Of a DNA stretch of 64,000 bases, positions 27,551-38,207 are shown one piece after another. The stretch spans positions 1-64,000 of the forward strand of contig JAYZEG010000008.1 in NCBI GenBank assembly GCA_036337435.1, given 5' to 3'. The notes beneath the pieces were generated by a model, which did not search any database, was not told the origin of the DNA, and worked only from the letters and a program-made list of their open reading frames with translations. Source of the DNA: Myxococcota bacterium (GTDB taxonomy: Bacteria > Myxococcota_A > Bradymonadia > UBA7976 > UBA1532). The position numbers and the translations under genes were made by a program. Numbering within the stretch: the first letter of the stretch is position 1; each line of letters starts with the position of its first letter.

Positions 27551-28873
27551 CTATGGCTGATTTACACCTTGCCCAACGGACAGTATCGCACGTTCGAATG
27601 CTGCTCGATAGCTTCGCCCTTGCTTTCTCTCAAAAAGCCTACGGCGGAGGCCTGCGATGGCCGTCCATGGCTTATGCAAAGCATCGTAATCGGATATCTC
27701 GGCCCCCTCGTATGGCTCACGATGCTTCAGCCATTTGCCCCCGGCACGTCGGTAAAGATGAAGCAAATATCGACTGCCATGTCGAAGCTGAGCATCATTA
27801 TCTTCGGTACACCCATACTGCCGGAGGAGATCCACGAATTCGGCAAACAGATCCAGTTCCCCCAATTGCATGGCGTCGTAGTAGTTCTCCCGAATATAGC
27901 GATATAACCAAGGCCCATCGTCAACAAAGAGTTTGTGTCGTCCATAGCCCGTTGGGATGTAGCCAATATGGGTCATCAAATAAGCGCCATCGTAGACGTC
28001 GTCCTGATTCATGCCCCCTGCGGCATCGCGCGCCAACGGAACCTGATAGGTCGCTAAATAACGCCAGACTTCGCCCACAAACTTTTGGGACCCGACCGGC
28101 AGTGTAATAGCGGGTTTCGCCAAAGCATCACTCAGGGTCACGGACCACATAACCCAACCATAAACCTGGTCATTGGCTGCATCCACCGTTCGGAGGACCA
28201 TCTGAGGGTCAAAGCCGAGCAGTCCACTGAGTCCGCCACAATCGGCGATCGCCCGATTGGTTCGCGAGAGCAGTTGAGCTCTCACGGCACCTTTCCTGTT
28301 CTCCGGGCCCAAGCGTTTATCGAGTTCCAACGCATAAATGGCCAAGGTCAGGTAATCAGCGGCATAGATGCAAGTGGCTGGATGAGTTTTTTGGCCCAGA
28401 TAAGGCCGTGCAATGACCATAAAGTTTTCGTCGGCAATCTTTAAAGCCTGCCCCGCTAAAGGATCATCAGGCCGACTGGCATAAGCCGTATTCAGAAATG
28501 CTTCAACGGAGTTATCCCACAGCTTTCGTACACGAGATTCATCATCCCCAACCAACTCAGCCATTTCCTTGAGGCCCGAATTGATGGCCAAGTCACTCTC
28601 CGCCAACTCCGCTCGAGTCCAAGGCAAATCGGACGGCTTAAAGCGAATGTCCTTCGGTGGCCGCCAAGACGGTTCCATTTGCTTGAAGTCACCTCGACAA
28701 ACCCCAAGCGTATCGGAGCGCACCTTGATCGAGCTGCACCCTGTAATGATGCACGGGAGTATGAAGACCACAGTGGCCAGGCGCCTCACAGAGTCTGAAG
28801 CATGGCTCAAACGAGACACAAAGACGGCCCCATACCGTGCTAAAAAATGGAATAACCCTGCGACTGGCACCAT
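27551..28873 (-). CDS. Hypothetical lipoprotein, helical domain (DUF6895-like motifs)
   Basis: Lipobox ITG-C; AYLMTHIGY..TGYG and DLFAEF motifs; start uncertain. Confidence 0.6.
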   Translation of the reverse strand: MVPVAGLFHFLARYGAVFVSRLSHASDSVRRLATVVFILPCIITGCSSIKVRSDTLGVCRGDFKQMEPSWRPPKDIRFKPSDLPWTRAELAESDLAINSGLKEMAELVGDDESRVRKLWDNSVEAFLNTAYASRPDDPLAGQALKIADENFMVIARPYLGQKTHPATCIYAADYLTLAIYALELDKRLGPENRKGAVRAQLLSRTNRAIADCGGLSGLLGFDPQMVLRTVDAANDQVYGWVMWSVTLSDALAKPAITLPVGSQKFVGEVWRYLATYQVPLARDAAGGMNQDDVYDGAYLMTHIGYIPTGYGRHKLFVDDGPWLYRYIRENYYDAMQLGELDLFAEFVDLLRQYGCTEDNDAQLRHGSRYLLHLYRRAGGKWLKHREPYEGAEISDYDALHKPWTAIAGLRRRLFERKQGRSYRAAFERAILSVGQGVNQP

Positions 28874-28897
28874 CTCATTTCACCATCGGATGTACGC

Positions 28898-30004
28898 CTA
28901 ATATCGAAACGGCCAAGCCATAAAATAACGTTTAATTCGAAGCCAAATGCCCAAAATCCCGAGCGGCTCAAAAACAAGGAAAACACACAGAACCGGGAAG
29001 AAAATGAGGGCACCTTGTTGTTCGCCGCTGAAGGTTGCGGGGAAAGGAAACAATTCAGCTAGCTTTTCAGCCAGTGGAAATAAGACACTCAAAGAAATGG
29101 CTCCAAGGACAGCCCCAAAGGTCGTCCCAATTCCACCAAGAACGACCATCGCTAGATACAAAACGCTCATGGTCAGGCTAAATGGAGCACCCGTCGAATC
29201 AAGAGATATGGTCGGATGAGCGTAGGCGTACATCGCACCTGCAACGCCCGCCAAAAAGGAGGATATCCCGAAGGCGATGAACTTGACGCGAGCTGGATTG
29301 ACGCCGATCACTGCCGCGGTCATATCTCGGTCCCTCACAGCCATCATGGCCCGACCAAGACGACTGTGTTGAATCGCCCAACTGAGCCAAACAACAAGGC
29401 TGGTGAGGACAAGAAAAAGCCCATAGAGCTTTTGCTTGAATGAAACGCTCATGCCAAACAATTCGCTGTCCCCGAAAAAAGAGCCTAAGCCGCTCCTTGC
29501 ATCGCCTTCGGCAACAAACCACAGGTGCATTGAGGCGACAAAACTATCCTGCTGATAAAGTGGTTCAATGCCCTGTTTAATCAGGTGCTGGACCAAGAAT
29601 AAAAGGCCAACAGTCACAATGGCCAAATAGAGCCCCTCCAACCTCAGAGCGAAGGGACCCACGGTGAGGCCTATACAGGTCGCCAAGACTCCAGCCGTCG
29701 GAATATTCAGCCAGAAAGGCAGGCCATAGATGCTGCCTAGAATTGCAGCCCCATAGGCCCCGACCCCAATAAACGCCGCATGACCCAGACTCACCTGGCC
29801 TGCAAATCCAGTTAGCACCATCATAGCGACAGAACCAACGATGGCCACCATCGTATCAAGAGAGATAGACAGCCAATAATCACTCGCCACGAGTGGAAAT
29901 AGGGCCAACAGACTGTAGATCAGGATGGCCCCCGCTTGTTGCCAACGGTCCGGAAACAGAGCCAGATCCTGGTGATAATCAACAACCAGTTTACGGGTTG
30001 GCAT
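28898..30004 (-). CDS. HAAT ABC transporter permease (LivM-like)
   Basis: GFAGQVSLGHAAF, LRLEGLYLAIVT, GRAMMAVRD, VVLGGIG. Confidence 0.93.
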   Translation of the reverse strand: MPTRKLVVDYHQDLALFPDRWQQAGAILIYSLLALFPLVASDYWLSISLDTMVAIVGSVAMMVLTGFAGQVSLGHAAFIGVGAYGAAILGSIYGLPFWLNIPTAGVLATCIGLTVGPFALRLEGLYLAIVTVGLLFLVQHLIKQGIEPLYQQDSFVASMHLWFVAEGDARSGLGSFFGDSELFGMSVSFKQKLYGLFLVLTSLVVWLSWAIQHSRLGRAMMAVRDRDMTAAVIGVNPARVKFIAFGISSFLAGVAGAMYAYAHPTISLDSTGAPFSLTMSVLYLAMVVLGGIGTTFGAVLGAISLSVLFPLAEKLAELFPFPATFSGEQQGALIFFPVLCVFLVFEPLGILGIWLRIKRYFMAWPFRY

Positions 30005-30013
30005 GGCACATTC

Positions 30014-30967
30014 TCACAATCGTTCTACTTTCCGAGTTCCAAACAGGCCATAAGGTCGAACCATCAGGACGACAACCATCACCAAGTAAGGTAAGACCTC
30101 ATGAAAGTTATTGCCGAAAGAGCCCAACGACTCATTCAGATATGCGCTTGTCAGCACTTCCAGGACACCAAGAGCAAGCCCAGCCACAACCGCGCCCACT
30201 GGTGATTCGAGTCCACCAACGATGACAGCTGGAAACGCCTTGAAGGCTATCAACCCCAGATTCGGATCAACGCCGATTTCACTGCTTGAGCCGACAAAGA
30301 CGCCTCCCAAGCCTGCGATCGCCCCTGCGATGAACCAAGTGGCTCGAAAAACACGTCCAACAGGTATGCCCATCGCGACACAGGCCTCCTGGTCAACCGC
30401 AGTGGCACGCATAGCGACTCCGATACGACTGAACTTGAGAAGGCAGTAGAAACCACTGATGGCGACAGCAGCCGCGATGATTGGTGCCAGGTCATCAAAC
30501 TTCAAGACAGCCCCACCGAGTTCAAGACCGGACATGGGCGCCCAGGGCGTCGGCACCGGGATAGGTTGTGTGCCCCACAAAAGGCTCATTACCGTCCTGA
30601 GAAAAACACCAATGAAGAGCGTGATAATGATGGTTACAAAAATGGGACGACCCACCAGCGGGCGCAGTGCGAGTCTCTCAACCAGAGCTGCCAGAACGCC
30701 CGTTGACACGACCGTTAGAGTCAGAGCGACGGCCCAGGGCAAGCCGAAACCAGATAAGACTGCCCCACCGAGCTGGTTTGAAAGATCACCTTCTATGGGT
30801 GGCGAATGAAGGAGGGCCATCAACAACGCACCAAACGCGAGAAACTCTCCATGAGCGAAATTAAAGACCTTCGACGCTCTGTAGATGACCACAAACCCCA
30901 AGGCCACCAGGGCATAGATGGACCCAAGAGCCACACCGCTAACAATGTATTGTACAAAATCCTGCAT
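30014..30967 (-). CDS. HAAT ABC transporter permease (LivH-like)
   Basis: GSIYALVALGF, FNFAHGEF, GVAMRATA, AFPAVIVGG, RPYGLFG; start ATG 30967. Confidence 0.93.
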   Translation of the reverse strand: MQDFVQYIVSGVALGSIYALVALGFVVIYRASKVFNFAHGEFLAFGALLMALLHSPPIEGDLSNQLGGAVLSGFGLPWAVALTLTVVSTGVLAALVERLALRPLVGRPIFVTIIITLFIGVFLRTVMSLLWGTQPIPVPTPWAPMSGLELGGAVLKFDDLAPIIAAAVAISGFYCLLKFSRIGVAMRATAVDQEACVAMGIPVGRVFRATWFIAGAIAGLGGVFVGSSSEIGVDPNLGLIAFKAFPAVIVGGLESPVGAVVAGLALGVLEVLTSAYLNESLGSFGNNFHEVLPYLVMVVVLMVRPYGLFGTRKVERL

Positions 30968-30968
30968 A

Positions 30969-32777
30969 CTAGGGTCCGTACATATCCGTGATGAGTGCTT
31001 CAAACTTTTCGCAGACCGCAGCCCGCTTCACTTTCTGAGTTGCTGTCATCTCTCCATCGTCTTGATGTAACTCCTTGGGCAAAAGGCGAAATGCCCGCAC
31101 TTGCTCCACCCTCACCAGCGCGTCATTGGCACTCTGTATTTCCGACTTAATCAATTCTGTGATCTCGTCTTTGCTGGTGAGGTCTTCGAAGGACGTGAAT
31201 GGGATCTCGCGTCGAATTGCCCAATCCCCTGCTGCATCTTGGTCAATTTGGACCAAGGCCGAGATAAATTTACGTTTATCTCCGATTGCAATGGCTTCCT
31301 TGATGTACGGACTCATTTTGAGTGCGTTTTCAATTTTCTCTGGCGACAAATTCTTGCCACCAGCCGTAATGATGATCTCTTTCTTCCGGCCCGTGATGAA
31401 CACGTAACCCTCTTCATCCATGCGCCCGATATCACCGGTTTTAAGCCACCCATCAGAATCAATGGTCGTCGCAGTCGCATCAGCGTTTTTCAAATACCCC
31501 GGAAAGATATGTGTCCCCCTCGCAAGGATTTCCCCGTCATCGGCAAATTTTAACTCCGTATTGGGAATTACCCTGCCGACTGAGCCCAATTTATAAAATC
31601 CGGGTAAATTAATGGTGAGTAAGCCACCGGACTCGGTTTGTCCGTAGCCCTCATAGATGCGCACACCGATTCCGTGAAACCAAGTCAATAAGTCCTTGGA
31701 AATCGGTGCCGCGCCTGAATACGCGAGTTGGCAGCGTCTCAGGCCCATGCGTTCCTGCAGCGGTCTGAATACCAAAAGGTCACCGCACCACCAAAGAACT
31801 CTATCAATGTTAGACACACAGCTGTTGCGACGATTCTCTTCAACCCGCATGCCCACGTTGACCGCCCAAGCATACAAGGTCCGCTTTAGCCACGAGGCAT
31901 CCTTCATCTTGAGCTGTATACTGGCATGCATTTTTTCCCAAATTCTCGGCACACCGAGAAAAACCGTCGGCGAGACATCGACCAGGTCTTGCCGAACGGT
32001 ATCGATGGACTCGCCAAAGTGGACGACTGCTCCTGTTGTCAGCGGCAGAAAATAGGTAAAGATCTTCTCTGCAACGTGGCACAGGGGCAAATAAGACAGA
32101 AGCGAATCTGAATCGCCCATGCCCATCTGCTCAATGAGCTCGTCAGTGATGGCGAGTGCGTTGCGTCCGGTCAACAAAGCCCCTTTAGGCGGCCCTGTTG
32201 TACCGGAGGTGTAGACCACCATCGCGGCCTCATCAGGCGAGTTTGCTAAGACTGCCCCCCGGAACCAGTCAACGCGGTCTCTGGCGTCTGAGCACTCACC
32301 AAGGAAGTCGAGCCAGGTCATCAAACGCGGATCTTCGATATACCTCAGACCGCGAGGATCGAACACGATGATATGGTCTACCTCTAGCTCGGCCCCATCT
32401 GCAGCCAGCACCTTGTCGACCTGTTCTTGGTCCTCGCAGAACACGATTCGACTCTGGCTGTGGGAAAGCACATAAGCCACGTCCTGAGTTGTATTGGTCT
32501 GATAAATCCCGACGGAGCGAGCACCCAATCCCTGCGCTGCCAAGTCGGCAAATAACCATTCAGTTCGATTCTCGCTCAGAATGGCCACATGGTCTCCCCT
32601 GGACACATTCAATCTTGATAGCGACAAAGCGGCACGGCTGACCATCTCCAAATAGTCCTGCCAGCTATATTCTCGCCAAACACCAAGTTCCTTTTCTCGG
32701 AGCGCAACCGCTGTCCGCTTTTCATCAGCGAGCGAGAGTAATCGACCCGGCAGGGTCAGCCTGAGAGCCTCAGTCAC
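30969..32777 (-). CDS. Long-chain fatty acid--CoA ligase (AMP-binding)
   Basis: YTSGTTGPPKG, SYLPLCHVAE, EGYGQTE, TGDIG, ITGRKKEIIITAGGKN. Confidence 0.95.
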   Translation of the reverse strand: MTEALRLTLPGRLLSLADEKRTAVALREKELGVWREYSWQDYLEMVSRAALSLSRLNVSRGDHVAILSENRTEWLFADLAAQGLGARSVGIYQTNTTQDVAYVLSHSQSRIVFCEDQEQVDKVLAADGAELEVDHIIVFDPRGLRYIEDPRLMTWLDFLGECSDARDRVDWFRGAVLANSPDEAAMVVYTSGTTGPPKGALLTGRNALAITDELIEQMGMGDSDSLLSYLPLCHVAEKIFTYFLPLTTGAVVHFGESIDTVRQDLVDVSPTVFLGVPRIWEKMHASIQLKMKDASWLKRTLYAWAVNVGMRVEENRRNSCVSNIDRVLWWCGDLLVFRPLQERMGLRRCQLAYSGAAPISKDLLTWFHGIGVRIYEGYGQTESGGLLTINLPGFYKLGSVGRVIPNTELKFADDGEILARGTHIFPGYLKNADATATTIDSDGWLKTGDIGRMDEEGYVFITGRKKEIIITAGGKNLSPEKIENALKMSPYIKEAIAIGDKRKFISALVQIDQDAAGDWAIRREIPFTSFEDLTSKDEITELIKSEIQSANDALVRVEQVRAFRLLPKELHQDDGEMTATQKVKRAAVCEKFEALITDMYGP

Positions 32778-33565
32778 GGTGACTCCCCCCCCACATCCAG
32801 TGTCTGTCCCATGTAGGCTTGTTTGACGGCATCGCTGCGTTTGATTTCCGCCGGTGTCCCTCTGTCCAATGTCTGACCAAAATCAAGAACAGTGACCTGG
32901 TCAGCGAGGTCAAAGATAAAACGAAGATCATGCTCAATCAGGACCTGAGTGACTCCGAGCACGTCTTTGATATCCATGATGAAGCGAGCCATATCCTCTG
33001 TTTCTTCTTGGTTTAAACCAGCAGCGGGTTCATCCAGCAAGAGAAGTGTCGGTGCCATCGCGAGAGCTCGCCCTAACTCGACACGCTTAAGTATTCCGTA
33101 GGGCAAGATGCTGATAGGCATCATTCGATAGGGCTCAAGGGCTAAAAACTCGATTATCTCTTCGACCGACCGTCGATGCGCAACCTCGTGTCGGCGCATG
33201 GTGGGCGTCCTAAAGAGGTCATGGAAGAAATTCGTCGTATACAAATGAGTGCGACCAAGCATCAAATTATCGAGCACGGTCATATGCTCGAACAGAAGCA
33301 AATTCTGAAACATTCGCGCAATACCGAGACGCGCAATTTCATCGGGTCGGCGCCCAACCAAAGACTGCCCCGCAAAACGAATTGTGCCCTTTTGCGGTCG
33401 GTATGAACCAGACACGCAATTAAAAAGCGATGTTTTGCCGGCACCATTCGGACCTATAATCGCGTGGATACTCCCTTGATTGACGTCAAGACTCACACCG
33501 TTTAGAGCGCGGACTCCAGCGAAACTCAGTTCGACACCCTCAAATTGAAGGATTGCGCTTGTCAT
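32774..33565 (-). CDS. HAAT ABC transporter ATP-binding protein (LivG-like)
   Basis: GPNGAGKT, LPYGILKRVELGRAL, LLLDEP, IEHD; start ATG 33565 overlaps the upstream stop. Confidence 0.95.
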   Translation of the reverse strand: MTSAILQFEGVELSFAGVRALNGVSLDVNQGSIHAIIGPNGAGKTSLFNCVSGSYRPQKGTIRFAGQSLVGRRPDEIARLGIARMFQNLLLFEHMTVLDNLMLGRTHLYTTNFFHDLFRTPTMRRHEVAHRRSVEEIIEFLALEPYRMMPISILPYGILKRVELGRALAMAPTLLLLDEPAAGLNQEETEDMARFIMDIKDVLGVTQVLIEHDLRFIFDLADQVTVLDFGQTLDRGTPAEIKRSDAVKQAYMGQTLDVGGESP

Positions 33566-34350
33566 GAAAGCCACCGTTTTCGGCGCCGATAACGCTTCAC
33601 GTCTCGATAATTCGCTGTTGAATCGGAACCGACCCCCAGATAGAACTCTTGGACATCGGAGTCGTTTTTGAGTTCTGCAGCTGTGCCGTCGAGCACAACG
33701 CGCCCATGTTCCAGAAGGTAGCCCCGGTCGGCTAACTCCAATGCGACATGCGCGTTCTGCTCGACGACCAGAATCGAGACACCCTCTTCATCTCTAATGG
33801 TTCGAATAAGGCCTGCCACCTCAGCAACGATTTTTGGAGCCAATCCCAGAGACGGCTCGTCGAGCAGAAGCAACTTAGGCCGTGACATCAGAGCGCGCGC
33901 GATCGCTAACATTTGCTGTTCGCCGCCCGACAAGTAACCGGCCGGTTGATGCCGGCGTTCGGCGAGGATAGGAAATTTTGTGTAGTACCGTTCTAAGTCT
34001 TTTCTAATAAACTCACGTGTACTGGAGTACGCTCCCGCAACCAAGTTGTCTTCGACCGAGAGCTCTGCCAAGATCCGCCGGCCCTCCATCACCTGCGCAA
34101 CGCCTCCACCGACAATCCTTTCAGCACTTTGGGCCGCGATCGATGCCCCCTGCAAGCGGACTTGCCCCTTTGTGATGCGACCTTCATGGAGCGGCAATAA
34201 CCCGGTCACCGCTCTGAGCGTCGTTGTTTTACCCGCGCCATTGGGGCCGAGTAAAGCAACGATCTCGCCGTCACCCACGGAAAGACTGACGCCGTGTAAC
34301 ACCCGTACGACCGAGTGATACACAACCTCAAGATTTAAAATGTCCAGCAC
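33562..34350 (-). CDS. HAAT ABC transporter ATP-binding protein (LivF-like)
   Basis: GPNGAGKTT, LSGGEQQML, LLLDEPSLGLAP, VEQNA. Confidence 0.95.
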   Translation of the reverse strand: MLDILNLEVVYHSVVRVLHGVSLSVGDGEIVALLGPNGAGKTTTLRAVTGLLPLHEGRITKGQVRLQGASIAAQSAERIVGGGVAQVMEGRRILAELSVEDNLVAGAYSSTREFIRKDLERYYTKFPILAERRHQPAGYLSGGEQQMLAIARALMSRPKLLLLDEPSLGLAPKIVAEVAGLIRTIRDEEGVSILVVEQNAHVALELADRGYLLEHGRVVLDGTAAELKNDSDVQEFYLGVGSDSTANYRDVKRYRRRKRWLS

Positions 34351-34355
34351 AGATG

Positions 34356-35666
34356 CTAATTTTTAGGTGCTGCGTAATCAGCGACAACAGACCATGTTTT
34401 CTTCTCAAAGTCCGGTTTAAGAACACGGGTTTTCTTACTGACCACGTATGGAAAGCTGGTCATATCGATAGCTGGAACCATGCCTCCAGCTGTAAAGTCT
34501 TTCGTACTCTGCAATGCCTTCAGATAGCCAGCCCGAGTCAAGTCACCCGCAGCAATCGCCCGCTTTGCCACCTCGATTGAAAAGAGTGCTTGGATGTATG
34601 ACATCAACAAGTAAAAATCCGGTCTTGCATCTTTCCCGTGCGCCTTGAATGCCGCCAGAAACTTGTCCATACCGGGCACTTTTTCCCCCCAAAAGGGTAA
34701 GCCATTAGCCCAATAGTAGTTTGTAAAGACAGCCGCGGGCAGCTTCGGATGCGCAAAAAATGCATCCAACCAGCTTGGTGTGGCACCGACCCAAGTCGGC
34801 ATGAACTTCATGGCAGCTGCGGTGCCGAGGAGTTTGGCGGAATTGGTCGGCAAAATCGCCATATAGATGTGAGTCGCCCCTGCGTTCTTTAATGCAGTCA
34901 CTTCAGCGGCCATACTCGCTTGGCCAGGCTTAACTGCGCGTTCTGCCACTATGGCCACCCCATGCGCTTTTGCCGCATCAACCCAACCCTTATAGCCATC
35001 TTTTCCATAGTCATCCTGTTGATAGACTATCGCTGCTTTCACCTTGTCCGTTCCACCCGCTGAGTCGATCACCCAATCCATCGCACGCGATGCCTCCACA
35101 ACGTAGGAGGGTCCAGTTGGTGGCGTGTGTTTATTGCTCGCCATCAGAGATGACAATGAGGCAGGATAGGCCACCAAGTTGTCCTTACCCAGGAACGGTC
35201 TGAGTGGCAGTGTCGTCGGCGTCCCAAAACTTAGGCCAAGAAAGAGGACATCGTCCTTGATGGCATCGAACCCCTGTTGAGCCTTTGACGGGTTGTACCC
35301 ATGGTCTTTCCTTACCAATTCAATTTTCCAGCCCTCAGGCAAGAGGCCAGACTGACCAGCATTAATCTGGTCCGCAAGGATCTGCTTGCCTGAACCGAAG
35401 GGCTTACCGATAACTGCAACCGGTCCACTTTCAGCGTTCAAAACGCCAATGCGGATAGTCTTACTCGCGAGATCGACACCCTTATCCGTCTTGATGACGG
35501 GCGCACTTGCGCTTGCCTTTGTTTTCGTTGCTTTGGGCGTCACCGTACTCTGTGAGCTGGCGTTGGTCGCTTTGGCTGTCTTTTTGTCTACGTTGTTCTC
35601 GCTGCATGCACCCATGGCAAGCAACAGAAAGAAAACACTGATGGTCTCAAATTTACTCAACTTCAC
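34356..35666 (-). CDS. HAAT ABC transporter substrate-binding lipoprotein
   Basis: Lipobox MGA-C; IRIGVL...SGP, DHGYNP, YQQDDYGKDG; first gene of the operon. Confidence 0.9.
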   Translation of the reverse strand: MKLSKFETISVFFLLLAMGACSENNVDKKTAKATNASSQSTVTPKATKTKASASAPVIKTDKGVDLASKTIRIGVLNAESGPVAVIGKPFGSGKQILADQINAGQSGLLPEGWKIELVRKDHGYNPSKAQQGFDAIKDDVLFLGLSFGTPTTLPLRPFLGKDNLVAYPASLSSLMASNKHTPPTGPSYVVEASRAMDWVIDSAGGTDKVKAAIVYQQDDYGKDGYKGWVDAAKAHGVAIVAERAVKPGQASMAAEVTALKNAGATHIYMAILPTNSAKLLGTAAAMKFMPTWVGATPSWLDAFFAHPKLPAAVFTNYYWANGLPFWGEKVPGMDKFLAAFKAHGKDARPDFYLLMSYIQALFSIEVAKRAIAAGDLTRAGYLKALQSTKDFTAGGMVPAIDMTSFPYVVSKKTRVLKPDFEKKTWSVVADYAAPKN

Positions 35667-35828
35667 CCGGTCCCCCTAAAAAGCTCTGTCTCCGACGAGA
35701 CGTAAAAATCGCAGCGTTATCAATGCGTGAAATGAAGACGTCGTCAAGTGGGATCCGCATGGCTCGTCCCTTTCGGACGGGAATTGAATACTGACCGACC
35801 CCGAGCCATTGCGAAGGACCGCTCAAAC

Positions 35829-37958
35829 TCAGTGCAAAGCCTTCGCGCTCAGGGAGATCCGACGCCTTTTCACATCAACCGTGAGCACCCTGACAGAGAG
35901 CATCTGGCCTGCTTCGACAACATCATGAGGCGACTTGACAAAATGGTCGGCTAATTCGGAGATATGCACCAGACCGTCCTGATGGACCCCGATATCAACG
36001 AAGGCCCCAAAGTCGGTCACATTGGTCACCACCCCCTGCAGCACCATGCCATTTTCAAGGTCATCGATTTCGTTGATATCCTCTTTAAACGTTGGCCGCT
36101 CAAATTCGTTGCGTGGGTCACGGCTGGGCTTTTGCAATTCGCTGAGGATGTCTAAAACCGTCGACCGCTGTACATCATCGCAAATGTAACGAGACACATC
36201 GACGAGAGCAGACAGGTCGGCTTTCCCCATCAACGTATCCGCATTCGTGTCAAGATCCCGAGCAATTCGCCTCACCAGTCCATATCGCTCCGGATGCACA
36301 GCCGACGCATCCAATGGTTCACGTCCCTGATAGACCCTCAAAAAACCGGCGGCCTGTTCAAAGGTCTTGGCACCGAGGCCGGGCACGGAAAGGATCTCTT
36401 GCCGGCTGCTAAAACGGCCGTTTTGATGCCTATATTCAACCAACGCTCGTGCCAATTTTGGCCCAACGCCGGCCACATGCGCCAGCAATGCCTGTGACGC
36501 CGTATTCAAGTCAACACCAACCCGGTTGACACAGCTTTCGACCACATATCCCAGGCGTCTCTTTAATTTGCCTTGGTCTACATCGTGTTGATACTGACCA
36601 ACCCCGATGGACTGGCAAGGAATCTTAACCAATTCTGCAAGCGGGTCTTGTAATCGCCGCGCGATGCTGACGGCACCACGAACGGTTAAATCGACGTCGG
36701 GCAGTTCTTCTCCGGCGAGTTCTGATGCGCTGTACACGCTTGCACCAGACTCGCTGACCGAGACGACGATAACCTCCTCGGGAATCGATTTGACTACGGC
36801 TCTCACAATTTTTTCGGTCTCCCGGCCACCTGTCCCGTTTCCCACGGCGATGGCTTTGGGACGGCACTGTTCAATAAACGACCTGAGGCCGTCTACATCT
36901 GCGTCCTTTCGTCCCACGAGGTAGAGTGTTCTGTACCGGACAAGTTCGCCGCGTGCGGAAACATGAGCGCATTTACACCCAGTTCGGATGCCTGGGTCGA
37001 TCCCCATCACGGACGATGAACCGAAAGGGGGTGCTAAGAGAAGAGCCTCGACATTCTTCTGAAAAACATCGATTGCCCCGTCATCGGCTCGATTTTTAAG
37101 CTGATTGCGAACGTATCGTTCCGCCGCCGGAGCCAGCACCTTTTTAAATGCATCGTCGATGGCGAGGCCCATTTGCTCACCGTAGGGCGAATCCGGATAG
37201 TAGCGCTGTCGACGCCTGAACTGGGCAAGACTCCTGTCCATGTCAGGCCGGATGGTCATACTCAGAACTCCGCTATCTTCCCCACGGCAAATGGCCAGGT
37301 ATCGATGGGATGGGATGGTTCGGACGCGTTCCTGGAAATCGACATAACTCCGATATTGGTCAGCCTGTTCGACGCCGCGTTTCTTCTTTGCCTGGACCAA
37401 GCCGTGCTGCATAAACATGGACCGTACGAGACTCCGATTACCGGGCGATTTAGCGAGTTCATCAACGACGATGTCTCGAGCACCAGCGAGCACTTTGGCA
37501 GAGTCATTGAACGGCGTGTTTGGCTTCACGTAACGCTGCGCATCGGTCAGCACATCCGCATGCCTCGGCTGGCTCAACACACGTGCCGCAAGGGCCCCTA
37601 ATCCATGGTTGCGCGCCACATCCGCCCGACTGTTTTTTCGTTTCTTGAAAGGTGCATAAAGGTCTTCTAACTCACCTTTGGTCTCACACGCCTCAAACTG
37701 TCTACTCAATGACTCTGTAAGTTGCCCCGATTCACCCAGTTTTTTAAGAATTATCTGCCTGCGCTGCTCAAGCTCTGCCAAGTAGACCTTGCGTTCCAAA
37801 ATATGCCTCAATTGAACTTCATTGAGCCCACCCGTTCGTTCCTTCCTGTAGCGCGCAATAAAAGGCAGTGTCGCGCCGTCGTCAAACAGGCGCAAGGCCG
37901 CCTCTACTTGTCTTGACGCCACACCCAGTTCGTTCGCGATCAAATGTGCAATTCCCAT
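35829..37958 (-). CDS. tex: Tex/YhgF RNA-binding transcriptional accessory protein
   Basis: PFIARYRKERTG, GIDPGIRTGCK, GASVYSAS, RRLQDPLAELVKI, C-terminal S1 domain (FGAFVDIGVHQDGLVHISEL); start about 37958 (ORF extends to 38045). Confidence 0.96.
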   Translation of the reverse strand: MGIAHLIANELGVASRQVEAALRLFDDGATLPFIARYRKERTGGLNEVQLRHILERKVYLAELEQRRQIILKKLGESGQLTESLSRQFEACETKGELEDLYAPFKKRKNSRADVARNHGLGALAARVLSQPRHADVLTDAQRYVKPNTPFNDSAKVLAGARDIVVDELAKSPGNRSLVRSMFMQHGLVQAKKKRGVEQADQYRSYVDFQERVRTIPSHRYLAICRGEDSGVLSMTIRPDMDRSLAQFRRRQRYYPDSPYGEQMGLAIDDAFKKVLAPAAERYVRNQLKNRADDGAIDVFQKNVEALLLAPPFGSSSVMGIDPGIRTGCKCAHVSARGELVRYRTLYLVGRKDADVDGLRSFIEQCRPKAIAVGNGTGGRETEKIVRAVVKSIPEEVIVVSVSESGASVYSASELAGEELPDVDLTVRGAVSIARRLQDPLAELVKIPCQSIGVGQYQHDVDQGKLKRRLGYVVESCVNRVGVDLNTASQALLAHVAGVGPKLARALVEYRHQNGRFSSRQEILSVPGLGAKTFEQAAGFLRVYQGREPLDASAVHPERYGLVRRIARDLDTNADTLMGKADLSALVDVSRYICDDVQRSTVLDILSELQKPSRDPRNEFERPTFKEDINEIDDLENGMVLQGVVTNVTDFGAFVDIGVHQDGLVHISELADHFVKSPHDVVEAGQMLSVRVLTVDVKRRRISLSAKALH

Positions 37959-38207
37959 TTCAATATCCTGCAGCACAGTGTCTATGCCTTTGTGAATAAT
38001 GGGTATTGGGGATGATGGGAAGAAAACAAAGACAGAGTTTTGCAAGAGCCCAACCGTAGAACCAGTGTGGACTTAACGCCGTTTGATTGTCGGCCGATGT
38101 ATGCCAGAGCAAACGACCTATGCAGCTGAACCGGCTCGATATCCCTCATTTGGGAAGCAAGTCCGGTTCTATGATGTCCCGGCAGGTGGGCTGTTTCCGA
38201 CGGGCAC

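Noticed and set aside
35765..35779. CGTCC-N5-GGACG hairpin after tex as a terminator
   Set aside because: Short stem with no U-tract on the coding strand.
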